Below, piece by piece: positions 28,001 to 41,435 of a stretch of 64,000 nt of DNA. The position numbers and the translations under genes are program-made. Position 1 is the stretch's first letter; each line of letters begins with the position of its first letter. The stretch comes from Mobula hypostoma (Eukaryota). Below the pieces are notes generated by a model that ran no database searches, was not told where the DNA came from, and saw nothing but the letters and a program-made list of their open reading frames with translations. The stretch lies in contig NC_086108.1 of assembly GCF_963921235.1 (NCBI RefSeq), positions 51,090,001 through 51,154,000 of the forward strand. The letters run 5' to 3'.

Positions 28001-29435
28001 CACCGTGTATCTTTGGACATTCAGTTCCCAGAGACATGCATCCTTTAGCCACATCTCACTGATGGCCACAATATCATACCTGCCAATCTGTAGCTGTACG
28101 ACAAGATCATCCACCTTATTCCTTATGCTGCGTGCATTTAAGTATAACACCTTAAGACCAGTATTTGGTACTTTTCGCTTTGATTTCACTGCAACTTTAT
28201 TGCACTGCAACTCATCCCAATGGCTACAAATTTGCCCCATCACCGGCCTGTCTTTCCTGATATCTTTACTGCTCACCATCTTAGATTTATTTCTGTTCTC
28301 CCCTTCCTCCGCTCTGTCATTCCGGTTCCCGTCCCCCTGCCAAATTAGTTTAAACCCTCCCTAACAGCTCTATTAAACTTTCCCACCAAGGTATTGGTCC
28401 CCTTCGGGTTCAGGTGTAACCTGTCCTTTTTGAACAGGTCATACTTCCCCCAGAAGAGATCCCAATTATCCAAGAATCTGAAGCTCTGCCCCCTACACCA
28501 GTCTCTCAGCCACGCATTCATCTGCCTGATCCTACTATTCTTGCCCTCGCTAGCACGTGGCAGAGGTACCAATCCCGAGATTACTACCCTGGAGGTCCTG
28601 CTTCTCAGCTTCCTTCCTAACTCCTGGAAATCTCTCTTCAGGACCTCCTCCTTTGTCCTATCTATGTCATTGGTACCAACATGTACCAAGACAACTGGCT
28701 GCTCACCCTCCCCCTTCAGAATATTCTGGACCCGATCCGAGACATCCCGTACCCTGGCACCTGGGAGGCAACACACCATGCAGGTATCTCTATCAGGCTC
28801 ACAGAATCTCCTGTCCGTTCCCCTGACTATGGATTATAATACCTAATACAATGTAAATGCTATGTAAATAGTTATATTGTATTGTTTAGGGAATAAAGAC
28901 AAGAAAAAAACTTCCAATAAAACATAAAAATATACAGCTTCAAACGAACCAAATCAAACACATGGTAAATGACTTATTGGAATAAATGTAGAATATCACT
29001 GTCACTATAAAACATTATTAACCTGTCTTTCTGTTTCTTTAAATCATATACAATGGTAGTTCCGACACCATATTCTTCAGTAAGACACCGCACAGACACA
29101 CCACATTAAGCTTTGGCAATAACTCCACTTTCTGTGTTATTGATAATGATAGATGCTTTCTTCTCTTTTTCTCATTGTTACCCATAGGGATATCTGCAGC
29201 TCTTTTTGACATTTTCACAGTGAAATTAAACACAAAGTCAACAGTGAACACAAAATATCAGCGAACAGCAAATGCACGTGTAACTAGTACGAGCGCTGAG
29301 CCACAACTGACATCTGGCAGCCTCTGCTAGTGCTGCCACGTCACACTTGAGTGACGTCAGCTGTTGGCGAAAAAAAAACTTCGGTTTTTGGAGCTTTTTT
29401 GATTTTAGAATTTCGGATAAGGGATTGTGGACCTG
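25038..29435 (-). mobile_element. Non-autonomous Tigger4/Jerky-like DNA transposon, interrupted by CR1
   Basis: TIRs caggcctacaatcccttatccaaaat and atttcggataagggattgtggacctg; TA at 25036-25037 (right copy TG); transposase N-terminus MSKRAADIPMGNNEKKRRKHLSLSITQKVELL...EEYGVGTTIVYDLKKQK at ~29000-29212. Confidence 0.85.
25278..28833 (-). mobile_element. CR1 LINE (ORF1 esterase part plus ORF2, frameshifted) with 6-bp TSD TTATAA
   Basis: VCCLPGARVRDV, VHVGTND, LNARSIRN, DFQKAFDKVPH, KFADD; TSD at 25272-25277 and 28834-28839. Confidence 0.93.
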
Positions 29436-32400
29436 TGGTGCAAAAAGTGAAGGGTAAAATACTGAGGTGTTGCTCATGGGATCATTGTTCATTCAGAATC
29501 TGATGGTTCAGGGTTCAGGGGATGGTTCAGTGCATGTCTTCAGGCTTCTGTACCACCTCCTAGACGGTAGCAATGAGAATTGGCAAGGCCCCTCTATTCT
29601 GCAGAGTGATGCAGCAAGTTAGAATGGAGAAATTTGAGAGTATGTTTGGTGACATACCAATTAAACTCCCATAGGCATGCCATCTTTGTAACTGCATCAA
29701 TATGTTGGACTAAGAATATTGACAGAGATATTGACACCCTGGAATTTGAGACTGCTAACCCTTTCCACTTCTGATCCTTCAATGAGTACTGGGATGTGCT
29801 TCCTTGACTACCCCTTCCTTAAGTCCACAATCAATCCCTTGGTCTTACTGATGTTGAGTGCAAGGTTGTTGCTGTGACACCAATCAACCAGTGATCTATC
29901 CTGCTCCTGTACACATCCTCATTACTATCTGAAATTCTGCCAACAATTGTTTGTCATCCACAAATTTATAAATGCTGTTTGATCTGTGCCTAGCTACACA
30001 ATTGTGGGTGTAGAGAGCAGAGCACTGGGCTAAATACACATCCTTGAGGTGCGTCAGTGTTGACTGTCAGCGAGGAGATGTTATTTTCGATCGTCAGACA
30101 GTGGTCTCCCAGTGAGGAAGTCAAGGAAACAGCTACAGAGGGAGGTGCAGAGGCCCAGGTTTTGGACTTGCTGATTAGAATTGAGGGTATGATTGCATTA
30201 AACACTGAGCTGTAGTCAATAAACAGTAGCCTGTCAAAGAAATTACTATTGTCTGGGTGATCCAAGGCTGAGTGGAGAGCCAGTGAAATTGCATTTGTTG
30301 TAGACCTATTGTGGTGATGGGCAAATTGCAGCAGGTCCAGGTCCTTGCTTAGGCAGGAGTTGATTTTAGCCATGACAAACCCTTCAAAGCAATTCATCAT
30401 AGTAGATGTGAGTGTTATAGTAGATATGACAGTCGTAGTGGCAGCTCTCCCTGCTCTTCTTGGGCACTAGTATGATTGTTACCCTTTTGATGCAGGTAGA
30501 AACCTCCAAATGCAGCAGTGAGAGATTGAAGAGGTCCTTCAGCACGCCCAGCAGTTGGTCAGCACAGGTTTTCAGAGCCCTACCGTGTACATCATTGGGG
30601 CCTGGCACCTTGCGAGGGTTCACCCTCTTGAAAGTTGTTTTGACATCAGCCTCCGAGGCAGGGTCACCATATGCTGCAGGGATTCACACAAGGGTAGTTT
30701 TATCCTTCCTTTCAAAGTGTACATAAAAAACATTGAGCTCACATGGGAGTGAAGCATCACATCCATTCCTGTTAGGTTTCGCTTTGTAATGACCTGCAAA
30801 CTCTACCAGAGCTGATGAGCTTCCAATTCTGTCTCGAAACTTAATCACTATTACCTTTTTTCCCTCTCTTAAAATAACCTTCCATAGGTTGAATCTGGAC
30901 TTCTTGTATAGTTGTGGATCACCTGTCTTGAATGCCACAAACCTAACTCAGCAGACTACTTATCTCCTGGTTCATCCACAGCTTTTGGTTTGGGTAACTC
31001 CAGGTATGTTCTCAAAGGCACATACTCATCCACACACGTCCAGCGATTACTGTGGTGTATTCATCCTCAAAGATGAATCCTTGAACACTGTCCAGTCTAC
31101 AGACTCAAAAGCATTCCTGCACATGGTCCTCCACCCCCCATGACCTTAGTGGTCCTCAGCACTGGTTCTACAGTCTTTAGTCTCTGCCTATCTGCTGGGA
31201 GTAAAAGTACACTCCAGATGATCAAGCTTTGCAAAGTGTGGTGTCGGATGGCACAGTAAGCATTCTTCATGGTGGTGTAAGTGGTCAAATGTATTGGCTC
31301 CCCTGGTTCCACAAGTGATATGTTGGTGGGAGTTGTTCAGAGGCTTCTTCAAGCTGGCCTGGTTGAAATCTCTGCAATGACATGGAAGGCATCAGGGTGC
31401 ACCGTTTCATGTCTTACGATTATGGTGCTCAGCTTCTCCTGTGCCTGCCTTACAGTGGCCTGAAGTAGAATGTACACCGCTACCAGGATGATAGCAGAAA
31501 ATTAACTCAGCAGATAAATTTGATGACATTTGATTTCAGATGTTCCAGCTCGAGTGAGGACTTAGACAGAACCGCCACGTTTGTGCACCACAACGAGTTA
31601 ATCATAAAGCATACTCCACCTCCTACCTTTAAAAGATTGAGCTGTCCTGTCTTTGCAGAAAAATGATGAAGCCATTGAAATGATAATGCAGTGCTATGTC
31701 CGAAATGGCGGGAAGTATCCATGTTTCCATGAAGCAGAGTACATAGCAGGCCCTGATGTCCATCTGGTACAGCAATCTTGCTCTGAGGTCATCAACTGTA
31801 TTTTCCAGAGACTGCACATTCGCCAACAGGATAGTCAGGAGTGGAAATCTAAGTCCTCTGCATTTCAATCATATCTGTCAACTGGCGTCACATCCCCACT
31901 TACATTTTCTTAAAGGAATCTACATTCAAGACTAGTATGCCTTTGATAGATATTTTTAAACATCTTAACATGATACTGCTTACTGAAGTACCCATGGCTG
32001 TGACTGTGGATTTCAGCTGTTGATGGAAATATTTGAAGATTCCCTCCAGAGACGCATGGAAGCAATCTGATATTCATGTGGCACAAATTAAAATAATTAT
32101 AAAATTAATAAAATGTAACTACTTACCTTGCAACTACCCAGACTATGAAACTGCCGTACCGTTTTTTTAAATATAGTATTGACAATCAACAAAAATTTGT
32201 TCACTCATTTCTAAATCCAGTATTTGGTCTATTTTAACCAAGTTCACAGACAGCCTATCATTTTTGCTGTATTAATAATCAATTATTTCTAAAATATAAG
32301 CTGCTGCAGCACATTTTCATCTGTAAAAAAACTAGTTAAGTTTTGGTCCAAAGAGCCAGGCTTTGGAACAGTACCAATAATTAACCAAATTTAATGTTTT

Positions 32401-32468
32401 ATATTGTGTCCTTTTCTTCTGGATCAGATTATGACAAGTACTAAATAGAACTGTCAAAAGAAATCTTA

Positions 32469-32618
<150 letters not shown>

Positions 32619-32859
32619 TTACGATCATAACTTGCACTTATAAAAGTAAAATCTCCCAGAGATCAGTACCTATGGGATTGTTGAAAAGATGTCAACCAAA
32701 CTTAGATAACCAAAATCTTAGACAAAGAAGCAAAATAGAGAGTCACAAGGGCTTATCAACTAAATTTTAATTGTTAGAGCCAGCACCAGTGTCAATACTG
32801 CTGTTCTGTCGGAGTCCATGCTCTCTGTAAAACAATTAGTTCCCTCCCCTTCTTTACTC

Positions 32860-33960
32860 GATAGGCCTGAAAAATTATTTCCCTCGAGGTTTCCAATGTC
32901 CTTTTGAAATCATTGATGATCTCCATGCCCGCCATCTTCCAAATCGCAAGTTGTTAGCAATAAATGGTTATTTTTCGTATTTGTTCCCCCCCCCTTAAAC
33001 TGCACACAATTACTTACTCAAACTACAAATCAGTGTCCTTAGTCTTTGTAACATTAAACAATAGGAACAGCCATTCTTTGCCTCTCTTATTTTGTCATTA
33101 TCTTGAAGGAACTCAGCTAGTCAGTCCGAATTTTGTGAGGGAAATGGGCAGTTGAAGTTTTGGGTTTTGGGTCAAGACCCTTCAGAACTCCATCTTGGGA
33201 ATCAACCTAGTGAACCTTCTCCTCACTGCCATCAATGTAGCGACCAAGCAGTACTCAGTTACAAAGGTATCAATATTCTGCAAAGTTGTATTAAAATGTC
33301 TCTATTCTTATATTACATAGCCCTTGCAAAATAAAGTAACATTCCATATGCACTTCCAGCATTCTAGCAGTGTTTCATGCACTGGGACTCAAGATTCCTC
33401 CTTTACACTACAACATTTTTAGTCTCACTCGAGTCTGCTTTTGCATTTTTTTCTTGCAAGTTGTATGATCTCACATTTTTGAAAATAATATTCCATTTGC
33501 CAACTTCTTCCCAACTCGGTGAACATATCAAACATTGCCTTGCAAGTTATTTGCGTTCTCATTCTTGCCAAGCAATCTGTCTTTGTATCATCAGAAAATA
33601 TTGCTACATTACACTTGGTCACTTCATTCAAATTATCAATGTACCTTGTAAATACTTGAGGCCCCAACACAGATTTCTGTGGCATCCTGTTAGTTATTGG
33701 TTGCAATCAGAAATAACCCATTTATCTCTACTCATTGTTTATAAACATGGATATAAACAGAGAAAATGCAACAATGGGCCATACACACAAGAGATTCTGC
33801 ATACACTGGAAATCTTCCTTCAAGACTGTTCCACTATTCAAAATAATGTTGGCTGCCATTTTCCATCATATTCCTTGATATCTTTTCTATCTATAAATCA
33901 GTCTACAAACTTCTTAAATATATTCAAATGCCTTAGTCTCCACTGCCTTCTATAATGGTG
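32860..33960 (-). mobile_element. Old fragmented CR1 RT and 3' remnants
   Basis: ORF 33425..33706 MPQKSVLGPQVF..YIDNL..FSDDTK, WQMEY..KCEI. Confidence 0.6.
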
Positions 33961-33973
33961 AACTTTATATGGC

Positions 33974-35683
33974 CAATAGACAATAGGTGCAGGAGTAGGC
34001 CATTCGGCCCTTTGAGCCAGCACCGCCATTCACTGTGATCATGGCTGATCATCCACAATCAGTACCCTGTTCCTGCCTTCTCCCCATATCCCTTGACTCT
34101 GCTATCTTTAAGTGCTCTATCTAATTCTTTCTGCAAAGAATCCAGAGAATTGGCCTCCACTTCCTTCTGAGACAGAGCATTCCATGGATCCACAACCCTC
34201 TGTGTGAAAAAGTTTTTCCTCAACTCCATTTTAACCTCTTATTCCTCAACCCCTTATTCTTAAACTGTGGCCTCTGGTTCTGGACTCCCCCAACATCAGG
34301 AACATGTTTCCTGTCTTTAGCGTGGGCAATCCCTTAATAATCTTATATGTTTCAATCAGATCCCCTCTCATCTTTCTAAATTCCAGTGTATACAAACCCA
34401 GTCACTCCAATCTTTCAACATGTGACATTCCCGCCATCCCTGGAATTAACCCAGTGAACCTATGCTGCACTCCCCCCATAGCAAGAATGTCCTTCCTCAA
34501 ATTTGGAGACCAAAACTGCACACAGTACTCCAGGTGGGGTCTCACCATGGCCTTGTACAACAGCAGAAGACCTCTTTGCTCCTATACTCAACTCCCCTTG
34601 TTATGAAGGCCAACATGCCATTAGCTTTCTTCACTGCCTGCTGTACCTGTATGCTTACTTTCAGTGACTGTTGAACAAGGACACCTAGATCTCGTTGTAC
34701 TTCCCCTTTTCCTAACTTGACACCATTCAGATAGTAATCTGCCTTCCTGTTCTTGCCACCAAAGTGGATAACCTCACATTTATCCACATTAAACTGCATC
34801 TGCCCACTCACCCAATCTGTCCAAGTCATCCTGCATTCTCATAACATCCTCCTCACATTTCACACTGTCACCCAGCTTTGTGTCATCTGCAAATTTGCTA
34901 ATGTTACTTTTAATCCCTTCATCTAAATCATTAATGTATATTGTAAATAGCTGCGGTCCCAGCACCGAGCCTTGCGGTACCCCACTAGTCACTGCCTGCC
35001 ATTCTGAAAAGGACCCAATAATCCCTACTCTTTGTTTCCTGTCTGCTAACCAATTTTTTATCCATGTCAGTACCCTTCCCCAATACCATGTGCTCTAATT
35101 TTGCCCACTAACCTCCTATGTGGGACCTTATCAAAGGCTTTCTGAAAGTCCAGGTACACTACATCCACTGGCTTTCCCATGTCCATTTTCATAGGTACAT
35201 CCTCAAAAAATTCCAGAAGATTAGTCAAGCATGATTTCCTCTTCGTAAATCCATGCTAACTCGGACCTATCCTGCTACTGCTATCCAAATATGCAGCTAT
35301 TTCATCTCTTATAATTGACTCCAGCATCTTCCCCACCACTCACATCAGACTAATTGGTCTATAATTGCCTGTTTTCTCTCTCCCTCCTTTCTTAAAAAGT
35401 GGGATAACATTAGCCACCCTCCAATCCGCAGGAACTGATCCTGAATCTGTAAAACATTGGAAAATGATTACCAATGCATCCACGATTTCTAGAGCCACCT
35501 CCTTAAGTACCCTGGGATACAGACCATCAGGCCCTGGGGATTTATCAGCCTTCAGTCCCATCATTTTACCCAACACCATTTCCTACTTAAAGTGAATTTC
35601 CTTCAGTTCCTCCATTACCCTAGGTCCTCTGGCCACTATTACATCTGGGAGATTGTCTGTGTCTTCCCTAGTGAAGACAGATC
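33974..35683 (-). mobile_element. 5'-truncated CR1 (ATAGACA-tail family)
   Basis: KSPGPDG, NYRPISL, PQGSVLGP, KFADDTK; highly similar to 58721-60440. Confidence 0.92.
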
Positions 35684-35849
35684 ACCAACCTGAACAAAGA
35701 GATTTCTCCACATCGCAGACAATAGTATCTTCCTGTATCCTGAGACTTATGGGGTGCATGGCAGCAATCCAATGAAGCCTATTCCCATCTCCTTATTTCC
35801 CTCTAAAGATGCAACTTATAACTTTCTTATCCATGCTCATTGACTCCTC

Positions 35850-36072
35850 CTTTTTGCTATTAATTTACACCTAACTTAAATTTATAGTAATCACTGGACC
35901 AAGCTGTATACTTTTTTGAGTAGGGGGAGGAATTCAGACCACTAGAAGGAAATCTATATGTTCATACAGCAAATGTTCAAACTCCACACAAAACAGCAGT
36001 AGTGTCAGGATGAAACCTTGTTCTCTGGAGCTGTGAGGCAGCAGCTCAGAAACTGCTCCACCATCTTCCCAC
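35850..36072 (-). mobile_element. Degraded tRNA-derived SINE remnant (possibly HE1/V-SINE type)
   Basis: Minus strand reads ggtggagcag...gctgctgcctcacagctccagaga...tgtgtggagtttgaacatt, similar to recalled elasmobranch SINE heads. Confidence 0.4.
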
Positions 36073-39000
36073 CCATTATCAATATCTTCTGGAAGTCTAA
36101 ATACACTACATCTACAAAATTCCTAGCCTGCCATTTACCTTCCTAGTATTGTATGATTCTTTTTTTAATCCTCATATCAGCTTTAACGTCTATAATTAGC
36201 TGTGGATGGTGTATCCATTTAATCGAGCCTTTTCTCCTCTCACATTAATATACCTTTGCTGAAATTTATGAAATAAATAGATGGATAGGCGAGTCTGTGG
36301 ACATGAAAAAGAAACACGGATGGTAGTTTGCCTCCCAGGTGCCAAGGTCCGCGATGTTTCTGAAAAGGGAGAATGAGCAGCCAGAAGTCGTGGTAGATAT
36401 CGGGACCAATGACATAGGTAGAAAAAGGGAGGAAGCTCTGAAAACAGAATACAGGGAGTTAGGAAGGAAGTTGAGAAGCAGGACCTCAGGGGTAATAATC
36501 TCAGGATTGCTGCCCGTGCCACATGACAGTGAAGAAAGGAATAGAATAAGGTGGCGGATAAATGCCGAAGAATTGGGGCAGGAGGCAGGGATTCAGATTT
36601 CTGGATAATTGGGACCTCTTCTGGGACAGGTGCGACCTGTACAAAGGGGAACAGTTGCACTTGAATCCCAGGGAGACCAATTTATCTTGTGGGCAGGTTT
36701 ACTAGAGCTGTTGGGAGTGGTTTACACTAATATGGCAGGGGGATGGGAACCAGTACGATAGAATTGAGGATAAGCCAGCAGGTTTACAAGTAGATGATGG
36801 GTATAACATGAATGTAACAAAGGACAAGCCCTTGACTGGGTACAAATGCAGACAGAGCAAAGAGTTGAACTGTACCACAGAGGCAAAATTCAAAAGGGCG
36901 AAGAATGCAAGACTGAAGGTGCTGTATTTAAATACACATACCATTCAGAATAAGGTGGACAAATTTGTGGCGCAATTATAGATTGGTCGGTATGACGTTG
37001 TGGGCATCACTGAGTCGTGCTGAAAGTAGGCCATAGTTGGGAGCCTAACATCAAAGAATATACTTTATACTGAAAGGACAGGCAGGAAGGTAGAGGTGGT
37101 GGTGTGGCCTGTTGGTAAGAGATGGAATTACACCTTTAGAAATGAATTACATCTTTAGACATGGGTCAGTGAATGTTGAATCTTTGTGGGTGAAGTCAAG
37201 GAACTACAGGGGTGAAAAAAGCATTATGGGATTCATATATAGGCCTCCAAATAGTAGCAAAGATGTGGCGTTGAGATTGCAAAGGGAGCTGGAAAAGGCA
37301 TGTAATAAGGGTAATGTCATAATTGTAATGGGGGACTTCGACATGCAAAGGGATTGGAAAAATCAGGTTGGTGCTAGATCACAGCAGAGGGATTTTGCTG
37401 AATGCCTACAAGACTGCTTTTTAGAACAGCTTATGCTTGAGTCTACTTGGGGAAGGCTACCTTAGTTAGATTAGGTGTTGTGTAATAACCCACATCTTGC
37501 TTGGGAGTTTAACGTAAAGGAATCCTTAGGAGGCAGATTCATAATATGATTAAATTCATACTGCAACTTGAGAGGGAGAAGCATAAGTCACATTTATCAT
37601 TATCTCAATGGAATAAACGGGACTACAGAGGCATGAGCGAGGAGCTTGCCCAGGTGGACTGGAGGAGGACACTGGCAGGGATGATGGCAGAGCAGAGACA
37701 GCTGAAGTTTCTGGGAATAGTTCACAAGGAGCAGGATAGATATGTTCCACAGAAGTAGCTCTCAAATGGTAAGGGTAGGCAACCATGGGTGACAAGGAAA
37801 ATTAAGAATAGCATAAAAGACAAGGAAAAAGCATATAACGTAGCAAGAGTGAGTGGGATGACTGGGAAACTTTTAAAATCCAACAACAGGCAAAAAATCT
37901 ATAAGAATGGAAAAGATGAAATATGATGGCAGCTAGCCAATAATATAAAACAGGATACTAAAAGAGAGGTGAGAGTTGATATTGGACCACTGGAAAATGA
38001 TACCGGTAAGGTAGTAATGGGGGCCAAAGACATGGCAGATGAACTTAATAAGTAATTTGCATCAGTCTTCACTGTGGAAGATACTAGCAGCATGCCAGAG
38101 GTCCAAGAGTGTCAGATGCAGGAGTGAGCGCCATTGCTATTACAAAGGAAAAAGCACAAGGCAAATTCAAAGGTCTTAAGGTGGATAAGTCATCTGGACC
38201 ACATGAACTACACCCCAGAGTTCTGAGAGAGGTAACTGAAGAGATAACACATGCATTGGTCATGATCTTTCAAGAATCACTTGACTCTGGCATGGTCCCA
38301 GAGGAACGAAAGATTGCAAATGTCACTCCACTCTTTAACAAAGGAGGAAGGCAAAAGAAAGGAAATTATAGTCCAGTTAGTCTATAATTTCCTCAATAGT
38401 TGGGGAAGTATTGGAGTCTATTATTAAGAATGAGGTTTCCGGGTACTTGGAGACTAATGACAAAATAAGTCAAAGTCAGCACGGTTTCTGTAAAGAGAAA
38501 ATCTTGCATGACAAATCTGTTAGAGTTTGTCAAGGAAGTAACAAGGAGAGGCAGTAGATGTCACTTACTTGGATTTTCAGAAGGCATTTGATAAGGTGCC
38601 ACACGAGGCTGCTTAACGAGATAAAATCCTATGGCATTACAGGAAAGATACTGGCATGGACAGAGGAATGGCGGACAGACAGCAGTCAGTGAGTGGGAAT
38701 AAAGGGGGCCTTTTCTGGTTGGCTGCCAGTGACTAGAGGTGTTCCTCAGGGGTCAGTATTGGGACTGCTACTTATCACATTGTTTGCCAATGATTTAGAT
38801 AATGGAATTGATGGCTTTGTGGCAAAGTTAGCAGATGATACAAAGATAGGTGTGCAGGGGTAGGCAGTGCTGAAGAAGCAATGCAATTGTAGGTTGACTT
38901 AGACAAATTTGAAGAATGGGCAAAAATGTGGCAGATGGAATACAGGTGTCCCCTGCTTTTCGAACGTTCGCTTTACGAAACCTCACTGTTACGAAAGAGC

Positions 39001-39196
39001 TCCATTAGTACCCTGCTTGCGCTAACAGAAGGTTTTTTCACTGTTACGAAAAAAGCAGCGCGCGAAAAATGGTGGCATGCAAAAAAAAAGCAGTGCTTGC
39101 CCCAAGCAGCCAAGCTCCTCCCCCAGAACTGCATTCTAGCCGCCATTGCTTAAACACAAGCTTTATCTCGATTTATTTTGTGCATCCGTTAGCAAG

Positions 39197-40996
39197 ATGA
39201 GTTCAAAGGTATCGGAAAAGCCTAAAAGAGCTCGTAAGGGTGTTACACTTAGCGTAAAACTAGACATAATTAAGCATTTCGATCGTGGTGAACGAAGTAA
39301 GGACATTGTCCGCACGTTGAACTTGCCTGCATCCACCATTTGCACTATTTATATGCAGAGAGAAAAAATCTTGAAAGCTGCCGATGTTACTGTTGGTTCT
39401 GCTCGTAGCAAAGTGGTCTCTCTTAGTCGGCATCCAGTAATGGATAAAATGGAAAGTTTATTGCTTGAGTGGATTGATAGGTGTATAAAACGTGGTGTTC
39501 CTTTAAGTTATCTTATACTTAAGGAGAAATCAGTCAGTCTTTTTAATAAGCTGAAACAGAAAGCACTGGCCGATGGTGATGAAAGTATTGCGAAAGTGGA
39601 ATTTAAAGGTAGTCACGGGTGGATTGATCAGTTTCTGAGGCGAGGGCAGCTTCATAGTTTAACGCTTACTGGAGAGAGTGCTTCGGCTGATACTGAAGCT
39701 GCTGAAAGGTTCCCAGCAGAACTGAAGAAAATTATAGAAGGTGGTTATTCGTATAAGCAAGTGTTTAACTGTGACGAAACTGCAATTTATTGGAAAAAAT
39801 TGCCGAGTAAAACATTTATTTTGAAAGAAGAAAAGCAGGCTAAGGGACACAAGGCATCGAAGGACAGGTTTACCCTAATGCCTATTATTAACGCCACTAA
39901 GCCTCTACTAGTGTACCATTCAGAAAATCCGAGGGCACTTAAAGGCATTGATAAGAAAACACTTCCCGTTGTGTTCCGTTCACGTCCAAGCAGTTGGAAC
40001 ACCCAGGTGCTTTTTTCTGAGTACATGAGCAGATACGTTAGTCCTTCTGTTGAAAAATACTGTACAGAAAATAACCTCGATAATAGGTGTCTTGTGATTG
40101 TCGATAATTGTGCTGCTCATCCGCCTGACATTACCGAGTATGGCAGTAACATTCGTGTTGCGCTCTTACCGCCGAATACGACATCGTTGCTGCAGCCATG
40201 TGACCAAGGCCTAATAGCCACAATTAAGACTTACTATACGCAAAATGTGATCCGTTTTATTGTAAGTGCCATTGACAGAGAAGGCAACTCCGAAGCATCT
40301 TTGCGAGAGATCTGGAAAGACTACAATATAAAACTGGCAACCGCCAACATTGGAGATGCTCTCGACAGGCTAACAGTCTCGATGAGAAATGGCATTTGGA
40401 GGAAACTATGTCCCGAAGCAGTGAACGATTTTAAAGGCTTCGAACAATCAACAATAAATACGACAATAGTGAGCTTGGCTAAGGAGGCTGGGTTTGTGGA
40501 AGTTGATGAAGATGATGTTGAAGAGGTTTTGGCATCCCGTGACCAAGAATTGACGGATGAAGAGCTGATGCAATTGCAAGTGGAATGGATAACAATCGAA
40601 ACCGAATGCAGTAGCGAAAATGAAGTCGTCCAGGGACTGAACGTGAAGCAGTTGCGTGAGATTTTCGCTGTGAATGACAGCACTGCAATGATTGCAGAAA
40701 AGTATGACTTTAATTTTGAAAGGGCATGTAGGTTTAGGGCAGGTTTGCAGGATGTTTTGAGTGCTTACAAAGAACTGTATGATCTAAAAATGCGCGAGGC
40801 TCAGCAGTCAAGTATACTGTCATTTTTCAAGCCTTGCACATCAGCCACAGCAGACGACGAACCTCGACCTTCGACATCGAGGCAGGCAGACATGGAAGAT
40901 GATGACCTGGCTGCCCTATTGGAAATAGACTACGATGAGATGACACCCCAGTCTCCTCTACCTCCCACCACCCCAATTTCCGATGACTCAGCCTAA
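39197..40996 (+). CDS. Tigger transposase, 599 aa from ATG 39197 (CENP-B-type HTH domains plus DDE_1 catalytic domain, TIGD1-like)
   Basis: Uninterrupted ORF; RKGVTLSVKLDII, MESLLLEWI, FKGSHGWI..F, FNCDET, IVDN, LPPNTTSLLQPCDQG; 32 residues between 2nd and 3rd Asp. Confidence 0.85.
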   Translation: MSSKVSEKPKRARKGVTLSVKLDIIKHFDRGERSKDIVRTLNLPASTICTIYMQREKILKAADVTVGSARSKVVSLSRHPVMDKMESLLLEWIDRCIKRGVPLSYLILKEKSVSLFNKLKQKALADGDESIAKVEFKGSHGWIDQFLRRGQLHSLTLTGESASADTEAAERFPAELKKIIEGGYSYKQVFNCDETAIYWKKLPSKTFILKEEKQAKGHKASKDRFTLMPIINATKPLLVYHSENPRALKGIDKKTLPVVFRSRPSSWNTQVLFSEYMSRYVSPSVEKYCTENNLDNRCLVIVDNCAAHPPDITEYGSNIRVALLPPNTTSLLQPCDQGLIATIKTYYTQNVIRFIVSAIDREGNSEASLREIWKDYNIKLATANIGDALDRLTVSMRNGIWRKLCPEAVNDFKGFEQSTINTTIVSLAKEAGFVEVDEDDVEEVLASRDQELTDEELMQLQVEWITIETECSSENEVVQGLNVKQLREIFAVNDSTAMIAEKYDFNFERACRFRAGLQDVLSAYKELYDLKMREAQQSSILSFFKPCTSATADDEPRPSTSRQADMEDDDLAALLEIDYDEMTPQSPLPPTTPISDDSA

Positions 40997-41041
40997 CACA
41001 CCATCCCAATTCCCATAAGTGAAACTACACTGTACATACAT

Positions 41042-41435
41042 TATTTCTACTTCATATAGGTTGTGCATTTTTGTGTTATTTAGTATGATTTGTTATTTGG
41101 TATGATTTGGCAGCCTCATAGCTTAAAGGTTACTGGAGAGAGTGCTTCCGCCGACAGCGCCTGCGCCAACAGTGCTTCCGCCGAGAGCGCATGCGTGAGA
41201 TTTTCGCTGCGCTAGACTGTGCTTCAATGATTGCAAAAAGTATTTTTACTTTACATGGGCTGTGTATTTTTGTGTTATTTAGTATGATTTGTTATTTGGT
41301 ACGATTTGGCAGCCTCATAGCTTAAAGGTTACTGGAGAGAGTGCTTCTGCCGAGAGCGCATGCGTGAGATTTTTGCTGCGCTAGACAGTACTTCAACGAT
41401 TGCAAGAAGTATTTCTACTTTATAGGCTGTGTATT
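41042..41435 (+). repeat. Two ~170-200 bp direct repeats plus a partial third in the Tigger 3' region
   Basis: tgtgttatttagtatgatttgttatttggta.gatttggcagcctcatagcttaaaggttactggagagagtgcttc occurs at ~41072 and ~41271. Confidence 0.85.

Larger units (their letters stand above)
24932..31910 (-). mobile_element. Rex1/Babar-like LINE (degraded ORF2), interrupted by a Tigger at 25038-29435
   Basis: LLANVQSLEN..DDLRARL, CFMETW, GGGVCFMIN, NPRKVPGP, LQFA, RLLFIDYSS.FN.I, APQGCV motifs; 3' sequence is continuous across the Tigger (compare 2140-2330). Confidence 0.85.

Noticed and set aside
33150..33190. Penelope-type terminal motif (gggtcaagacccttcag) resembling the hammerhead region
   Set aside because: CUGANGA core and GAAA are both broken
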